DNA of 61,221 nucleotides, from positions 1 to 61,221 of the forward strand of contig LVLI01000605.1 in assembly GCA_001687465.1 (NCBI GenBank), in the 5' to 3' direction. Positions within the stretch are counted from its first letter, which is position 1; every line of letters starts with the position of its first letter. The translations under genes were made by a program, and so were the position numbers. Source of the stretch: Halocafeteria seosinensis. Its lineage: Eukaryota. Below are positions 21,706 to 35,088 of this stretch, in pieces. The notes beneath the pieces were generated by a model, which worked only from the letters and a program-made list of their open reading frames with translations, had not been told where the DNA came from and did no database searches.

Positions 21706-24410
21706 TCGGGAACATAAATCTGGCTCCGGGCTTTGCACATAGAAAACAGATACCTCCTCAGGATACGAATGCTAATTTCGACTCCGGAGTTGTATGAAGC
21801 TATTTGCGCCCGCATGCGGGACGTGATTCAGTTACCAGGAGAGCGTGCTGCTGCCTTCAGTCGATGCCATTTCACCCTATCCACCTCTTCCGAACGTGCA
21901 TTTGCTAGCTTTCTGCCTTTTTTGATTTTGTCATCCCGCTCGCATCGTAGCTCTTCCGTAATACATGCTGCACGGTGACAGGTACTCTGCAGCTCCGCCT
22001 GGTTTCGGTGGGGGCAGGACAAAGACACTCATCCGTTTGGGGTTGATTGCGGCAGTTCATTCTTTACAGTCGGGTTTGTTGAACCCAACCGGGTTTTGAA
22101 TATTCGACAATAATAGCTATCGAATCTGGTGTACGTACAATTTGAAGCTGCCACCGTGGAACTCGTGTGTCCGTTAGATTGTCCGCCGGCAAACAAGTCT
22201 TTCTGCCTTGTTTCCCTGCATGTAAGTACCTTTACGAGATTTTCCCAATTTTTGTATTCTCCCGGTGAGTGGAAGAAGAAGCTGCCTGTCGGCTACAATC
22301 GCGCGGAAGGTGTTAATGTTGTACCTCCCCCCCTTTGACATCCCCCTCGGCTGCTTCCGCCTCGCTCAAACAGCTCTTCCAGGGCCTGAAGCTGGGTCGC
22401 AAACATCAGATCCCATGAAATATACATGGCTGTATAGGATGAGAGTGCATATAACCCGCGAGAGGGATGGAAGACCCTTGAAAACGATGAAGAACAATGG
22501 TCGCAAACCCATGCGATTCCCGGGGGGTTGCGATGCCAATCCGCCTTCACTCTTGCCGGTTGGGGAAGCACTAGCCAGCCAGGACTTTGCAACTAAAAAA
22601 ATTTGGCTCCCAGAGGAAGAAAGTCGCATATAGAAATGAATCCCCCGGTGGGCTTACTGTACTGGAAAGGGGGTGTTGTATGAACTTCCGACGTGGGCGA
22701 ACAGCACTTCCCCCTTTCGATCCCCCGGTCCCCACACGCTGATGCCACGTCCTGCATGGGGGACACGTTCCTCGATCACTCTTGGTTTCAAGCGGTCCCG
22801 CCGTCGGATCCATTCATATAGTGCAAATGGCCCCTTCCTTGTGAGCGAGACGGAAAATGAGAAGAAAGGGGCCGTAAAAGGAAGTACTCGTGAAAAACTC
22901 AACCGAATGAGTCTGGCGGCACTCAACTCCGTCCAAGGAGCTGAAGGCGGGATCGCATCGTCGAATCTTACAGTCAGCTTATGGCAGACAACCCACGAAC
23001 TCAATGTCGACTGGCCCAACTGGAAAGCCCTAAAGACTGGTTATTGATGGTTTCAGACTACAGAGGACAGACCAGTCCGGATTCAACGGACATGCCGATC
23101 CCGCTTCAACAAGCCCATGAAGGGAGTACTTGTGTGTCGTCCTGTTTGGGATTCGTAGTTGAGACTCTTCGGCTCCTGTCGAATGCATCGGTAAGACTGT
23201 AGAGTCTCCGGTTGATCCTCATAATGTCGCTCAGCAAGCTTTCCTGAGGCGGTAATGCGAGGCAGTTTTCCGGCAGACCTGAAACGTGGTTTCCCGTTCT
23301 CCACTGCCAAGACGATGGTATTCCCAGCCGTTCCACTGGGAAGAATGGCCAAATGGTGTACCAGTCCGCACTACCCACGATTCACTCGAGTGGAGGAACT
23401 GTCTGCGATGGAACTCTTTAAAGGAGAGAAAGGCACTACACCGTACGACCAACTTCATGAGTCAACGAAGTCAAGTTCAAGATGCAGTTATCTGTTGCCC
23501 GATTCTGCGTCAACCGTACCGACGGAGTACCAGTAGATACGTATACGGGGTGGAAGGGCTGAACGCTAGTTCAAAAGGGGGGAGAGGGCACATGTGGCAG
23601 CAGCTGCAGCAGCGTCCTTTGTTCATGTCGAGCGTGCGACCAGGAAGTCTTTTGGCTGCGATCGATGCTTCCACCTCCATACCTAAAGAGTCAGGGTTAT
23701 TAAATTAGTGTTGATAATGTGTCTCCGAGTGTTCACTGCCGATGAGGTCTGTTTGCTTTTGTTGTCGCAGTCCTTCGATACACTGGTGTATTTATCCATT
23801 TGTCTTTTTCGACCGAGAAGTAGCCTCGGCGGGGGATGTTCTTTGNCTCGCTCGCGTGCTGAAAAACCAAACGAGACCACAGGACGCGGGGATCTCTTGA
23901 ACGCGTTAAACCAAGGTAAGTACGGAGACCCTTCTCCGATGTAGGTAGACTATAGAACTCGGTCCTGAGCGTGAGTACAACGAAGGGTACGCCGTCGAAA
24001 CTAAAGTATAAAGTTACGGGTCGAAGGAACGTCGCTGGAACGTCGCTGGGATCCGCAACATCGAGCTTCAACCGATTCCCTCCCTGTGGACCCCAACAGT
24101 TGCGATCGATTCCGCAGGAGCTGAAAACCTAAAGGAACTGCAGCAGTTTGCAGCAGTTCAGTGCACGAGGTCCCTCGGCACCTGAATGACGTTGTGATTC
24201 CTCCATTTGCTTGGAGAGCGAAGAACTTGTGTTTTATGAACCAATGTCGTCTGACATCTATACTTACTTCCTGTGTGTCTGTGCATTGTTTTCTCGCATA
24301 TGTTTTTGCAGTTTATCAACTCGCTATCAGGTCTCAACGCGGCCGAAACTTCTGTTCGCATACACTACACTCTGTCCGTATCGCTGCAAAGGAAAGGATA
24401 CCAAACATCA

Positions 24411-26116
24411 ATGTCGCATTCATTGTGTAACACTGGTCACTCTTCTCCCTTCCAAGGAACAAAACTAGTGGTTGATACCCGGAAGGCCTACTCCGAGCAT
24501 AGTGACCAGTATTCTTGTGCACATTCCTGCTCTGCATCGCCAAGCACTCCTATGAGTGCATCGAGGTCAAATTATAGTTTCTCGGAAGTACCGCAGAGCC
24601 CTCAGCATTCCCGGTCATCGGATGAAGCGGGGACCCACTGGATAAGCCTTATGCAACGCATTGCAATCGAGCAATGTCATGCGGAACCTTTATCTTCTTC
24701 TTTTATAAACCAACTGGAATATTTGATTTGGGAGCAGCGGATCGTGGAGGAAACTCCCCGGCTCGACGATGTACTTACATACCCTTACAACATCATATTC
24801 TACGAGCCAATAGTACAGGAGGCTCGGTTACAAGAAGCCATGGTACGACATAGGGCAACAGGGCTTTCATGGAGTGCCCTATTCCAGCGCATTGAGTATC
24901 TCTGTAGATTCGGATTTGCTGAACTATATTGTAGCACTAGACAAACGACAACTCTACAGGTTGCGACGTTCGAAAAGGCCCTTGAATTAGTCCAATCTTC
25001 CACCTCTAGTGCTCAGAGGCCTTTCCTCGACACTGAGAGTCCCTTTACAATACGGCAATTCAATTCCACTGCCTTCCAAGAGGCGTTGAAAGAAGTGGGA
25101 GTTTATCAAGGTAAGCACACAAAACCCCACTTACCAGCCGCTGGTCGTAGTTACTGACTGCGCATGGTTGCTATTTTCAGGAGAGGGAGCCTTACGAACG
25201 TTCGTCTTAGCGTACTCAACTGTCGCGTATCACACGAGATCGGGAATAATAGAGCCTGTTCCACAGAGTACTGAAGAACTGACGCGGCGCCTAAGGAGGA
25301 CGTTCAGGTTCACTCCAGGGAGGGGTTCCCTAAGAGCGTTGCACAAAGGCTCACTTCCGCAGTCACCGGTAGGTATTTCGAGTCAGTCGCATGCAAACTT
25401 GCCCTCGTTACCGCTTTCATTTAATTTTACAGAGAGATGCCTCTATACGATACCAGCAAGCGCAAAGACGCTCTAAGAATCGTCAGCAAGGACAGTTGCG
25501 CTCTCAAGGGATTCAAACCAAATCACCGAAGTCCGATGACGGTCAGTTCTCATTGGGCGGGGATGTATCAGTATACAGCTTTGGTTCGTCGATGACTTCC
25601 CAAGAAGAAAGAAGGGAGATGAATCTACCTGGATGGCATAGAAGCGCCCCTGAAACAAGTCATCTGCATTTCGGCATTTCGGGTAGCAGCACTGATTTCA
25701 CCATGGAGCCACCTCGTTTACCGGGAAGTCTCAGTACTCCTGACTGTGAGAGCGATGCCTTATCTGGATCTTACCTTCTACAGCGTTCTGCCCCGCACCC
25801 ACCGCAACCCTTGTCGCATTGCCCCTTTAGCACACCCGAGGGCGCCCAATACCCAAGTGATCCCCCCTCTAATGCTGGCCAAACAAGTCATATTAGCGTG
25901 TCGTTTCCACCCAATATTCCTGAACACGGTTATGGGCCCCGCTATGAGTCTCATCAACATGCTGCTCCAGGCAGTGCTCCTGGTTACGACGCCGGTCAGG
26001 CAACAAGTTTGGAGACGTCGCCGTTCTTGCCACACGAACATGATACCGCCGCATTTCTCGCTGCACTACCGGGAGGATATCCACATCGATACCACTACGG
26101 CAATCAAGATGCTTGA
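24411..26116 (+). CDS. Hypothetical protein (3 exons) with a Ser/Pro/His-rich low-complexity C-terminus
   Basis: ORFs 24273-25157, 25168-25476 and 25391-26116 can be joined by GT-AG introns (~25111-25180 and ~25369-25432). The start codon is uncertain and no family was recognised. Confidence 0.6.
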
Positions 26117-26458
26117 ATTCAAGATACCGAGTAGAGTGCAGTGTTTGCTTCATTGTTAGCGTCATAACGACTTCCACCTGTTGTTACTAGACTACCTTGT
26201 ATTGCTAGCATTGAATCAAAGCGGGTACCATACAGACCGCTGCTTAGGCTTTACAAAGCATTTAATAGTAGCTCCACTGAACGATCCCCAAGGCTTATGC
26301 TTCTATAATGGTGCTTGCTAAACCATACGCCCGGTAGCGCCACCCATGAGTCATGACCACCCCAAGGTGTGGGACTTGGGAAACGCTGTTTTGAGTGTAC
26401 ACACGAATTATGTTGCGGATCTCTTCTGTCATGCTCGTCGCACCTAGCTCGCGCTACC

Positions 26459-27304
26459 TTAAGGATCCAAAGCCTTCAACTTTAGCAACCAGCGGTACCG
26501 TTGGTACTCCGGTTCTAGCAGTTTGCGTAACTTCTCACGAGCATTGGGGGTGAGAGGAGTACGTCCTCCCCCGTTCTTCCCGGTATCATGCGTATGACTG
26601 ATCGTTCCTACCCCAAATAAGCGCTGCAGATCTTCTTGCAGGTGCTCTACACGAATCAGATCGACTTGGTTGGGGTGTTGACGAATAAACTCTTCCAAGG
26701 GATCTATGAAGAACGTATAGTTCTCCTTTAGATGTCGAATACATCCACCTTCAAATACCGCATTAGCTAGAGGATCCTCGTTCAAAGATTCAGCCAAATC
26801 GTTTATGGAATCAAAGAGCTGAATGCATTCCTGTGGTGTGCAAATTGGGCAAAGTTTTTCTGTCAGAGAACCTTCATCCACTCCTCCTTCTTCCGTAAAC
26901 TTCCAAGCGGACACGGCTCGTTTAAGAGGATCGCGCACTGTAATGTAGAGGTGATCCTTTGATCTCACCTGGAACTCTTCCATGAGAATCTGCCTTATTC
27001 CCGGTACTGGGTTGTATTTATGTTGTGTATGGACTTCGAAATCGATCCATGGGTACGCTTGCAACCTAACGCTTCGCCCGGCCGATTTCCCAATGTGTAT
27101 CAGAACACGACGGTTGTCTTTCTCCAGATTCAGGTGCTCTCTGATACTCTTACCCCGTACAACATCTCCTAGTGGCTTCCGGTATCGGCCCTCCTTTATC
27201 AGCAGCGCAATGGTTAGAGCGAAAAGCGTGGACAAAGCTACCATGAGTACGCTTTTGCGCCCATCGAGTGCTAGCGGACACAGCTCCGCAAGTATTGCCC
27301 TCAT
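26459..27304 (-). CDS. Golgi-type (type II membrane) sulfotransferase, Sulfotransfer_2-like
   Basis: N-terminal TM segment (VLMVALSTLFALTIALLI), 5'-PSB motif IHIGKSAGRSV, 3'-PB motif ITVRDPLKRAVSAW, and the downstream IRVEHLQEDL motif. Confidence 0.85.
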   Translation of the reverse strand: MRAILAELCPLALDGRKSVLMVALSTLFALTIALLIKEGRYRKPLGDVVRGKSIREHLNLEKDNRRVLIHIGKSAGRSVRLQAYPWIDFEVHTQHKYNPVPGIRQILMEEFQVRSKDHLYITVRDPLKRAVSAWKFTEEGGVDEGSLTEKLCPICTPQECIQLFDSINDLAESLNEDPLANAVFEGGCIRHLKENYTFFIDPLEEFIRQHPNQVDLIRVEHLQEDLQRLFGVGTISHTHDTGKNGGGRTPLTPNAREKLRKLLEPEYQRYRWLLKLKALDP

Positions 27305-27399
27305 TACCCTTTGGTACACCAGTACGGGGCAGTACGGGGCTGCCGTATCCTTGCGTTCCTACCCCGAACAGAGGAAGAGAGGCCGTGCTTGCTTACCAC

Positions 27400-27820
27400 T
27401 GGATCAACCAACTCATGCACCAGAGCCATCGTACAGTTTGTACAGGAGGTTATGGGAATGGCCATGGAGCTTCACACTGACACTTGAATGATTCTCCCAG
27501 AATTCCAGGGAGCAGGTTTCTTCTCTTGAGACATACAACTTTAGGTTGTAGTGCAAGTGGAATCTGCCATACTTCCGATCCCATCCCGTTGTAGAAGGGT
27601 CGAATTATGTTATCCAAGACAAGACTTCCAATGCGAGCGCGGCGCGAATACAATTCAATGTTATTCCCGACTATGGTGTGGATGGAGCTATCACGTCGTG
27701 ATGTACCCCCGGTATACTTCCAAATTGTCTGTCTGTGGAAGAATCATTTCATACCTTCATGCTGCTGTTCCATTTATGAGTACCACCCACAACTACCGGT
27801 ATCTGATGATGGCAAGATTT
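27400..27820 (+). mobile_element. Highly degenerate Ty3/gypsy-like integrase (rve) relic
   Basis: Across frames: AARIQFNVIPDYGVDGAITS* / PRYTSKL / WKNHF / MSTTH, YHPQ / SDDGK. These resemble, in order, the integrase core HGxPxxIVSDRDPRFTSxFW...MSTAYHPQTDG. Multiple stops and frameshifts. Confidence 0.4.
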
Positions 27821-27918
27821 AGTGTCTTAAGTGAATGTGTTACAACTGTGAATAATTTTGAGACGACGCTATTCTGAACAATTTGTGTCGACGTGATTAA
27901 TTTATTGGAGTTTAAGTA

Positions 27919-30900
27919 TTACAGCATCCCTTGAGCTTCAGCGAGTTTCCGATAAAGTCCGTCTGGCTTTTGCACGAGTTCACTGTGAGTGCCCGTTTCG
28001 CAAACGGTTCCTTCATTAAAGACATAGATGCGATCAACATTCTGGATTGTGCTTAATCTATGAGCAATGATGATGGTGGTGTAACCTCGGGCCTCAGCAA
28101 GGAAGCGGTCTAACGCAGCCTGTACTACCTTTTCACTGGTAGAATCCAACGCCGATGTCGCTTCATCCAGCAAAAGTATTTTCGGTCTTCTAATCAATGC
28201 CCTTGCAATGGCGACTCTGCGGGAAATACAATACATTAATTTTTCCCGCATAAACAAGACAGGACGCTACGAATGCAGTGACACGACGTACCTTTGCTTC
28301 TGTCCCCCAGAAAGTTGGTTTCCACCATCTCCAACGTGAGTCTGGAAACCACTCGAAAACGAGCTGATGAATTCCTTCGCATTAGCGTCTTCGGCTGCTT
28401 TCTCAACATCAGCTTCAACTTTCATCCCTTGACCATTGGTAAATTCATTCTCTTCGGAAGAATCTACCGGCGCTCCAATACCGGCAGCTGCTTTTCCTTC
28501 TCTTCGCCCATAAGCGATGTTGTACAGAATACTATCAGAGAAAAGCTGTGGTTCTTGGCTTACAAGGCCCATTTGCTGTCTTAGCCATGCAATATTATGT
28601 TCCTTGATACTCTTCCCGTCGAAAATGACATCCCCTTCTTGACATTCGTAAAATCGTTCGAGGATTTGAATGACCGAAGACTTACCAGAACCCGACGGAC
28701 CCACGAACGCCACGGTTTCTCCAGAACCGACACTCAGACTGACTGATTTGAGTACCTGGATGTCAGGACGCGTGGGATAGGCAAGATTGATGCCCTTCAG
28801 TTCGACGTTTCCTTGGAAAGGCTCAGGTGTTTCCATAGTAGCCAGTTTATCAGCGTCAGACAAGGCATCTACTGCGGGCTCTCTATCCAGTAACTGGAAT
28901 ATACTACGCTGAGCTGCGGCGGCTTTAGCCTTGTCAGTAGCCATTGTGCTAAATTGCCCTGCACTCATCGACCCGAATGCAATCGCGAAGAATACCCGCA
29001 ACATCTCCTCAAAGTTGAGCCTGTCCAAGTCGATGAAGACTGCTCCCAGGTAGAACACGAGTGCATACATAGCAAAGAGTACAAAGTGGCCAAAAGACCT
29101 TCCAACGGCAGTGACGGTCACGCCTTGTCTTGCAGCAACAAATGGCTTCTCAAGAGCCTGACAAAAGCGAGAGAAAGTAAACTCTTGTAGATTAAAACTG
29201 TGAACTGTTCTAATATTGGAAATGCACTCTCCGGTTATTTGGCCAGATTCGTTTCGCTCTTTTTCCAGGGAGGCGCTAGCTCTCTGTATCGCTTTTGTCT
29301 CCACTATTCCAGACAGCATGAAGAATGGCCCGACAGCGATAGTGACCAATGCCAGCTCCCAGGAACTGACAAACGCAATAATGAGGGCAGTAACAAGTGC
29401 TCCCAGAGCCTGACACGTTACACCGATCTTTTCTCCAACAGCAGCCTTCATAAGAGCCGCATCTGTTGCAAGGCGATTTGTAAGCTTTCCTGGCGCATTA
29501 TCAGGGTGGTCAAAGAAGCCGATGTCTTGACGTATCACTGCTTTGAAAGCAGCTAAGCGCATCCGCTTGGTCAGTTTTTCTCCACTGTATTCGAAGAGGA
29601 AAGAGAACGCAGTGCTGGCTCCGAGGGATAACACAGCGATGCCAATGAAAGCACCCAAAATAATTTCTGCTTCCTCTTCAATTTCTTCATTGTCATTCAG
29701 GAAGAAAACATTCAGGATACGAGCAAACAGTACCGCGAAAACAGGCATCACAGCTCCCTGTATGAGAGCAGCAAACACTCCGACGATGATGCGACACTTC
29801 TCCGGACGCTGATACTCCCATATCCGCCTTGCAGGTACAGCAACTTCAACAGGTTCTTCAGTTTCAGCATCCTCCTCATTTGATGTGGCTGTGGCTCCTT
29901 CGGGCTTTGACGTATCTGCATCTGCTGTTTTAGTGATGTTGTCTTGAGGTGCGGTTTTACCGACACGCTCACCTCCTGTCTCCTCCTTGTCCGTATTCGA
30001 CTGATGGGAGTACAAATCCTTATAGATACCATCAGTTTTGGAAAGAAGGTCTTGGTGAGTGCCTTCCTCGGCCACCCGACCGCCATCGAAGACAATGATT
30101 TTGTCGCAATCTTTGATAGTGCTCAATCTGTGAGCAATGGAGACAACTGTTTGACGAGAATCAATGGAGGAAGATAAGTTTTCCAACGCCGCTTGTACCT
30201 GACGCTCGCTGTCGGTGTCGAGTGCGGAGGTGGCTTCATCCAACAGAATGATCCGGGGTGCTTTGAAGATTGCTCGAGCAATTGCTATCCGTTGCTTTTG
30301 CCCCCCAGACATTTGCGCTCCTTTTTCTCCCACTTCCGTATCATAACCGTCTGGTAGTTGCATAATGAAGTCGTGAGCAAAGGCGCGTTTAGCAGCCTCT
30401 ATGACTCTGTCCTTGATGGCTTCATCGCTTTCCGATACACCGATTGCGATGTTCTGGAAAATTGAAGTCGAAAAGAGTTGCGGTTCTTGACTGACAATCC
30501 CAAGCTGGTCTCTCAACGCGAAGGTATCAAAGCTGCCAATGTCTTTGCCATCAATGAGGATCTCGCCACTGTCTACATCGTAAAACCGTTGAAGCAACGC
30601 CATGCAAGTAGACTTACCGCAGCCCGAAGCTCCTGCTACTCCCACTCTGGTTCCGGCAGCAATATGGAAAGAAACATTCTCAATCGCGGGCCTCTCGGGG
30701 CGAGAAGGATAGGTGAATGTAACATCTTTAAATTCTACATCTCCTTTAATACTGTCCTTGCTAGTTCCTTTTCCTGGAAGAATGGTGCCAGCAGTATCAA
30801 TGACTTTGAAGATCTTGGTAGCTGAGGACTGGGCGGCGAAGAAAGAGCTCAAGGTCGGCGCGACTTGTCCAAGACCTGCAGATCCGATGAATACAGCAAA

Positions 30901-32278
30901 AAAAATTTGCATAACAGTTCCGCCTGTAAAGCAGCTATCGGGAATGTTGCCACCACTACATTCAGGATCATCTTCTCTGTCCTCGATAATAAGTATGGCT
31001 CCGTAGTATAATCCAACACCATAGGCCAAGAACATGGAAAAGTTCATAAGACCCATATTAATTCCTTTATATACTCCAGCGTAAATACCTGCTTTTTCAG
31101 CTTTTTCGATTTCGGTAGCATATTTCTGAATTTCCAATTGTTCGCCTCCAAACGCTGCCACGGTCCGGATATTGGAAATTGCTTCAGAGGCATATGACCC
31201 CGCCTTAGCGTATGCTCGGTACATCATACCTCCAGCTTTCATCATAGTCTTTCGGAGCATTGCAATGCTCCCAACGACTAAAGGCATACATGCTAGTACG
31301 ACGAGAGTAAGTTTCCATCCTTGAATGAACCCCACGAGTAGCTGTTGAAAAGAAGGGGAAGTACACATTGCCGAGGGTAAGTGTCTAAACCGAGGAGGCG
31401 AGCACATCACTTACACCTGCAATAAAGGTGGCAATGAGGCGAATTCCGTCCACCAGTTGCTTCCCCATTGCTACTTCAATTTTGGGAATTTCCTCAGCCA
31501 TTGTGGAAGTGAGCTCATTTGGCGGATGGGTGTCGATCCAAGCCATATCCTGCGAACCAAGAAACAGCGAAGGTTTGTTTCCATCCGGAGCAAGAAGAAC
31601 AAGAAAGGGGAGGGGGGAGTATTCACCCAAGACTGCCATTGCCGTACCTGATACAAGACACTCTTGAAATAGGCTTCCTTGATCTTTCGTCCTTGGGACA
31701 CGGCGACGTTTTCAATGCACATAATCTGCACGACGAATGAAGGATGTTTCAACAGACTGTCAGCCATGAATGCTCATATACAGCCGGTGAACTCACTGAG
31801 ATGAAAGAGGCAACAAAAGCTCCAATGGCCAAGTAGAAAAACAAAAGGGAGCTCTCTGACACCGCGTCCAGCAGATCGGTGCTATTGTTGAAACTGCATG
31901 GGGACAATTCACTATCACAGCCCAGGATGGCACCACCACACGCAGACTGAAGGGCTCACGTACTTGTCGAGAAGCTCTCCGAAAATGAGAGAAAAAAGCG
32001 GGAGCGTGGAGCCGAACATAGCTGAAAAAGAGACTCCAATCCACAGCAAGACGAGCTCCTTGGTCGTCGCAAATCGGAATAATCGTGTAAACGAGATAAC
32101 TTCGCTCTCTTTCTTTTCCTTGTCCGCCAGGCCCTTCGTCTCGGCCGAGGGGCCTTCTCCAGGGGCACCCGTGGCAGAACCGTCATCGGCATCGTCTCCG
32201 TCTGCCAGAGGCTGTCGGGAGGAAGGTGAGTGTATCTCCTCGTCCTCCCCCACGCCCATTTCGATATCATTGTGATCC

Positions 32279-32283
<5 letters not shown>
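27919..32283 (-). CDS. Full-length ABCB (MDR/P-glycoprotein-type) transporter, multi-exon
   Basis: Two TMDs and two NBDs with Walker A GASGCGKS and GPSGSGKS, signatures MSGGQKQR and LSGGQKQR, and Walker [12 protein letters not shown] twice. Start MADHNDIEM at 32283; stop at 27919; several 5' introns and one near 28219-28290. Confidence 0.95.

Positions 32284-32314
<31 letters not shown>
32283..32314. repeat. (TC)16 microsatellite
   Basis: A perfect dinucleotide run abutting the ABCB start codon. Confidence 0.95.
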
Positions 32315-32317
<3 letters not shown>

Positions 32318-33322
32318 CGGCGAACAATACCCAGAGTGGTAGTGCTGCAGCTACAGCTTGCTTCGAGTGGTAGTGCTTTTTTAAAGCCGGACAAGACAGG
32401 GGTTGTCAATGGAATTAATTTGAAAGAAGGGGGGGGGGTCTCCGGCCAAAAGATACTGAGGCTTTTTGTCCCCTGCACAATTGCCTCACATTTGGTCCGT
32501 CTCGACAGTTTTGAGGTGCCACCTTCGGGTTGTTTGGAAAATGCATGGTACGTGTCTTGCTGTGATGGCAAACATTACCGTATATCATGTTTTGTATGGA
32601 AGTAAAATTCGAAGGAAGTCAGTGGAAGCTCAGATTTGCTGTATAACTGTAGCTGCTCGCTTCTTAGTTCGCCAACTTCAATCCAAAGAAGTGTGGATTG
32701 AGAAAGAGTGTACGTATACTATACAGATGAGGTAACTAACTTAGAGCGTCTATTGGTCTATTTACTGAGGTAGAGTGTGATAGCGACTCAATATTAGTGA
32801 GCAATGTGCCGATGAATCCCAATTCCTCAGTCCCAGGAATCCTAACGATTCCTAACACTAGCTTCCATCTGACTTGAGTTTACAATTTAATATCAAGTTG
32901 ATTTGAATTGCGCCGTGCATAATCAATATACACTTTACTGCTCTATGTTCTTTCCTTTCCACAGTGCAGCTACAAGATTGATTCCCCTGTGGAATTTGAA
33001 AATTTCCCCACTTCTTTCCTACCGGGCTAAGCGCCCGGATTTCCATCCTAAGAACCAGGCCGGCCGCCAGGAGCGGCTTCCGATAGCAGTTTCGGTGTCT
33101 TTACGAGCCAATTTCGGGTCCACTAAGACGTGCAATACCGATTTTGTTGATTCGTAGTGGTTCTCCGTTGTTTGAAATAGTGCCCGAAGGTGAAATTGGA
33201 GGGAATATACGTGTGCAAAGTTTGTAAAAAGAGCTTTTTCGAACGCGCCTTTTCTGCTTCCAAGGGGGGACGACGCTGCTATCCTGTCTTTATCCCCTAT
33301 TTAGACCCCCTCCACAGCTACA

Positions 33323-35088
33323 ATGGCATCCGGCGGTGGTAGTGGAGACCCCAACGAAGCCAATAATGGCAGTGGCGGGACATCCGCCTCCTCCCCAGCT
33401 ATCCCTATGCACAATATAAAGAGCTGCACGGTACGTTGAATATCCATTCGAGGGCTTTTATGGGCTATACACGCTTATTTTGTATGTATGTGCAAAATTT
33501 TGGATGTCAGATAACCTCCTGTGTGACCCGGTATGAGGATCAGAAGAAGCAGAAGAAGAAATACACGGCATTTGTGATTGAAATCCAGACCTACGGAGGC
33601 CAAAAATGGTCCGTGGAGCGCCGATATCGCGAGTTTTATTCATTAAATCAGACTCTAAAGCAACGATATGCTGAGCTCAAACTGTTCAAATTCCCGCAAA
33701 AGAAATGGTTCCGCTCGTTTGCGTCGTCCACCGTCGAGCAGCGAAGGAAGGCCTTTGAAGCCTACCTACAGGAATTGCTATGTTTGCAACCACGACCAAC
33801 GGAATTGAACAATTTCCTTGAAATTACCAAACATATTTGGGGGAACAAGGAGTCCGATGGACAACCAGTAGATCAAGTCACGCAAGACTATCAGAACCGA
33901 ACGCAGGAAGAATCCCTGGAACGCTTGAAGCGCGGTGAGGTGGGCATTGAGGACTTTGAGCTCCTTAAGGTGCTTGGCAAAGGAAGCTTTGGCAAGGTAT
34001 TCCTTGTCAGGTTAATACCAACCGGAAAGATATATGCGATGAAAGTGCTAAAGAAGCAAGAAGTTGTTCGGCGAAAACAAATTGAGCATACGAAAGCAGA
34101 GAGAAGAATTATGGGGGCTATTGATCATCCATTCATTGTATCCCTTCGCTTTGCGTTTCAAACAGAAGATAAACTGTACATGATTACCGACTATTGTCGC
34201 GGCGGCGAACTGTTCTTCCACTTGAAGAAATTTCGATCCTTCTCTGAGGCAATGGTTCGCTTCTTTTCCGCGGAACTAGCCGCAGCGCTGCAGCATCTGC
34301 ATGCATTCAACATTGTCTACCGAGACCTGAAGCCCGAGAATGTACTGCTAGATGAAGAAGGACATGTACACTTGACCGATTTTGGTCTCTCAAAAGATGA
34401 TGTTGCGGACCCCAAGGGAGCGACAACGTTCTGTGGAACTCCCGAATATCTAGCTCCTGAGATGCTTTTGAATCGAAAGTCGAGAGAGGGGTATGGCAAA
34501 GCGGTGGACTGGTGGAGCTTAGGAACGTTGATGTATGAGATGCTTACTGGATGGCCCCCGTTTTACAATAAGAACCTGCGTACCATGTGTCAGCAAATTC
34601 TCCACAGTGATCTTCATTTTCCTGCTAACTTGCAATGCAGTGATGAGGTGAAGGATTTGATCACAAAGCTGCTCAGCCGTGATCCGGCAAGCCGGTTAGG
34701 AAACGAAACGAGGGAAATACCGAATTTGGATGGTGAAGGAACGAGAATCGTTGATGGAATGGATATCCGTTCTCACCCATTCTTCAGTTCTATTGACTGG
34801 GACGCGCTGGAGAGGTTGGAAGTCACTCCACCGTTCAAACCAGTAACGAAGGCTGAGGACGACTACTCCAATTTTGATTCAACCTTCACTGCGGCACCTG
34901 CCGAACTGACGCCTCCTGAACCATCGCAAATGGGGGGTGATGACGACACATTTACTGACTTCCAATATGCTGACCAAGGCCACGTGGTAGGAGATGAAGA
35001 TGACCAAAACTCTGATAATGATGAAGAAGAAGAAGACCAGCCGACGACCCCCGCAGAACCGAAGGAAGAAGAAGAAGAAAAAGAGTGA
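33323..35088 (+). CDS. PX-domain AGC Ser/Thr kinase (SGK3/Akt-like)
   Basis: Exon 1 33323-33430, exon 2 33511-35088. PX motif VERRYREF...FPQKKWF...EQRRKAFEAYL. Kinase motifs GKGSFGKV, YAMK, YRDLKPEN, DFG, TFCGTPEY. AGC C-tail PPFKP..NFD..FT. Confidence 0.95.

Noticed and set aside
21706..22300. Minus-strand frame with two in-frame TGAs, suggesting readthrough, selenocysteine or a variant code
   Set aside because: TGA, TAA and TAG all terminate bona fide genes in this window, the peptide has no recognisable homology, and no SECIS was evident.
26982..27491. 169-aa plus-strand ORF
   Set aside because: Mostly antisense to the sulfotransferase, with no coding features of its own.
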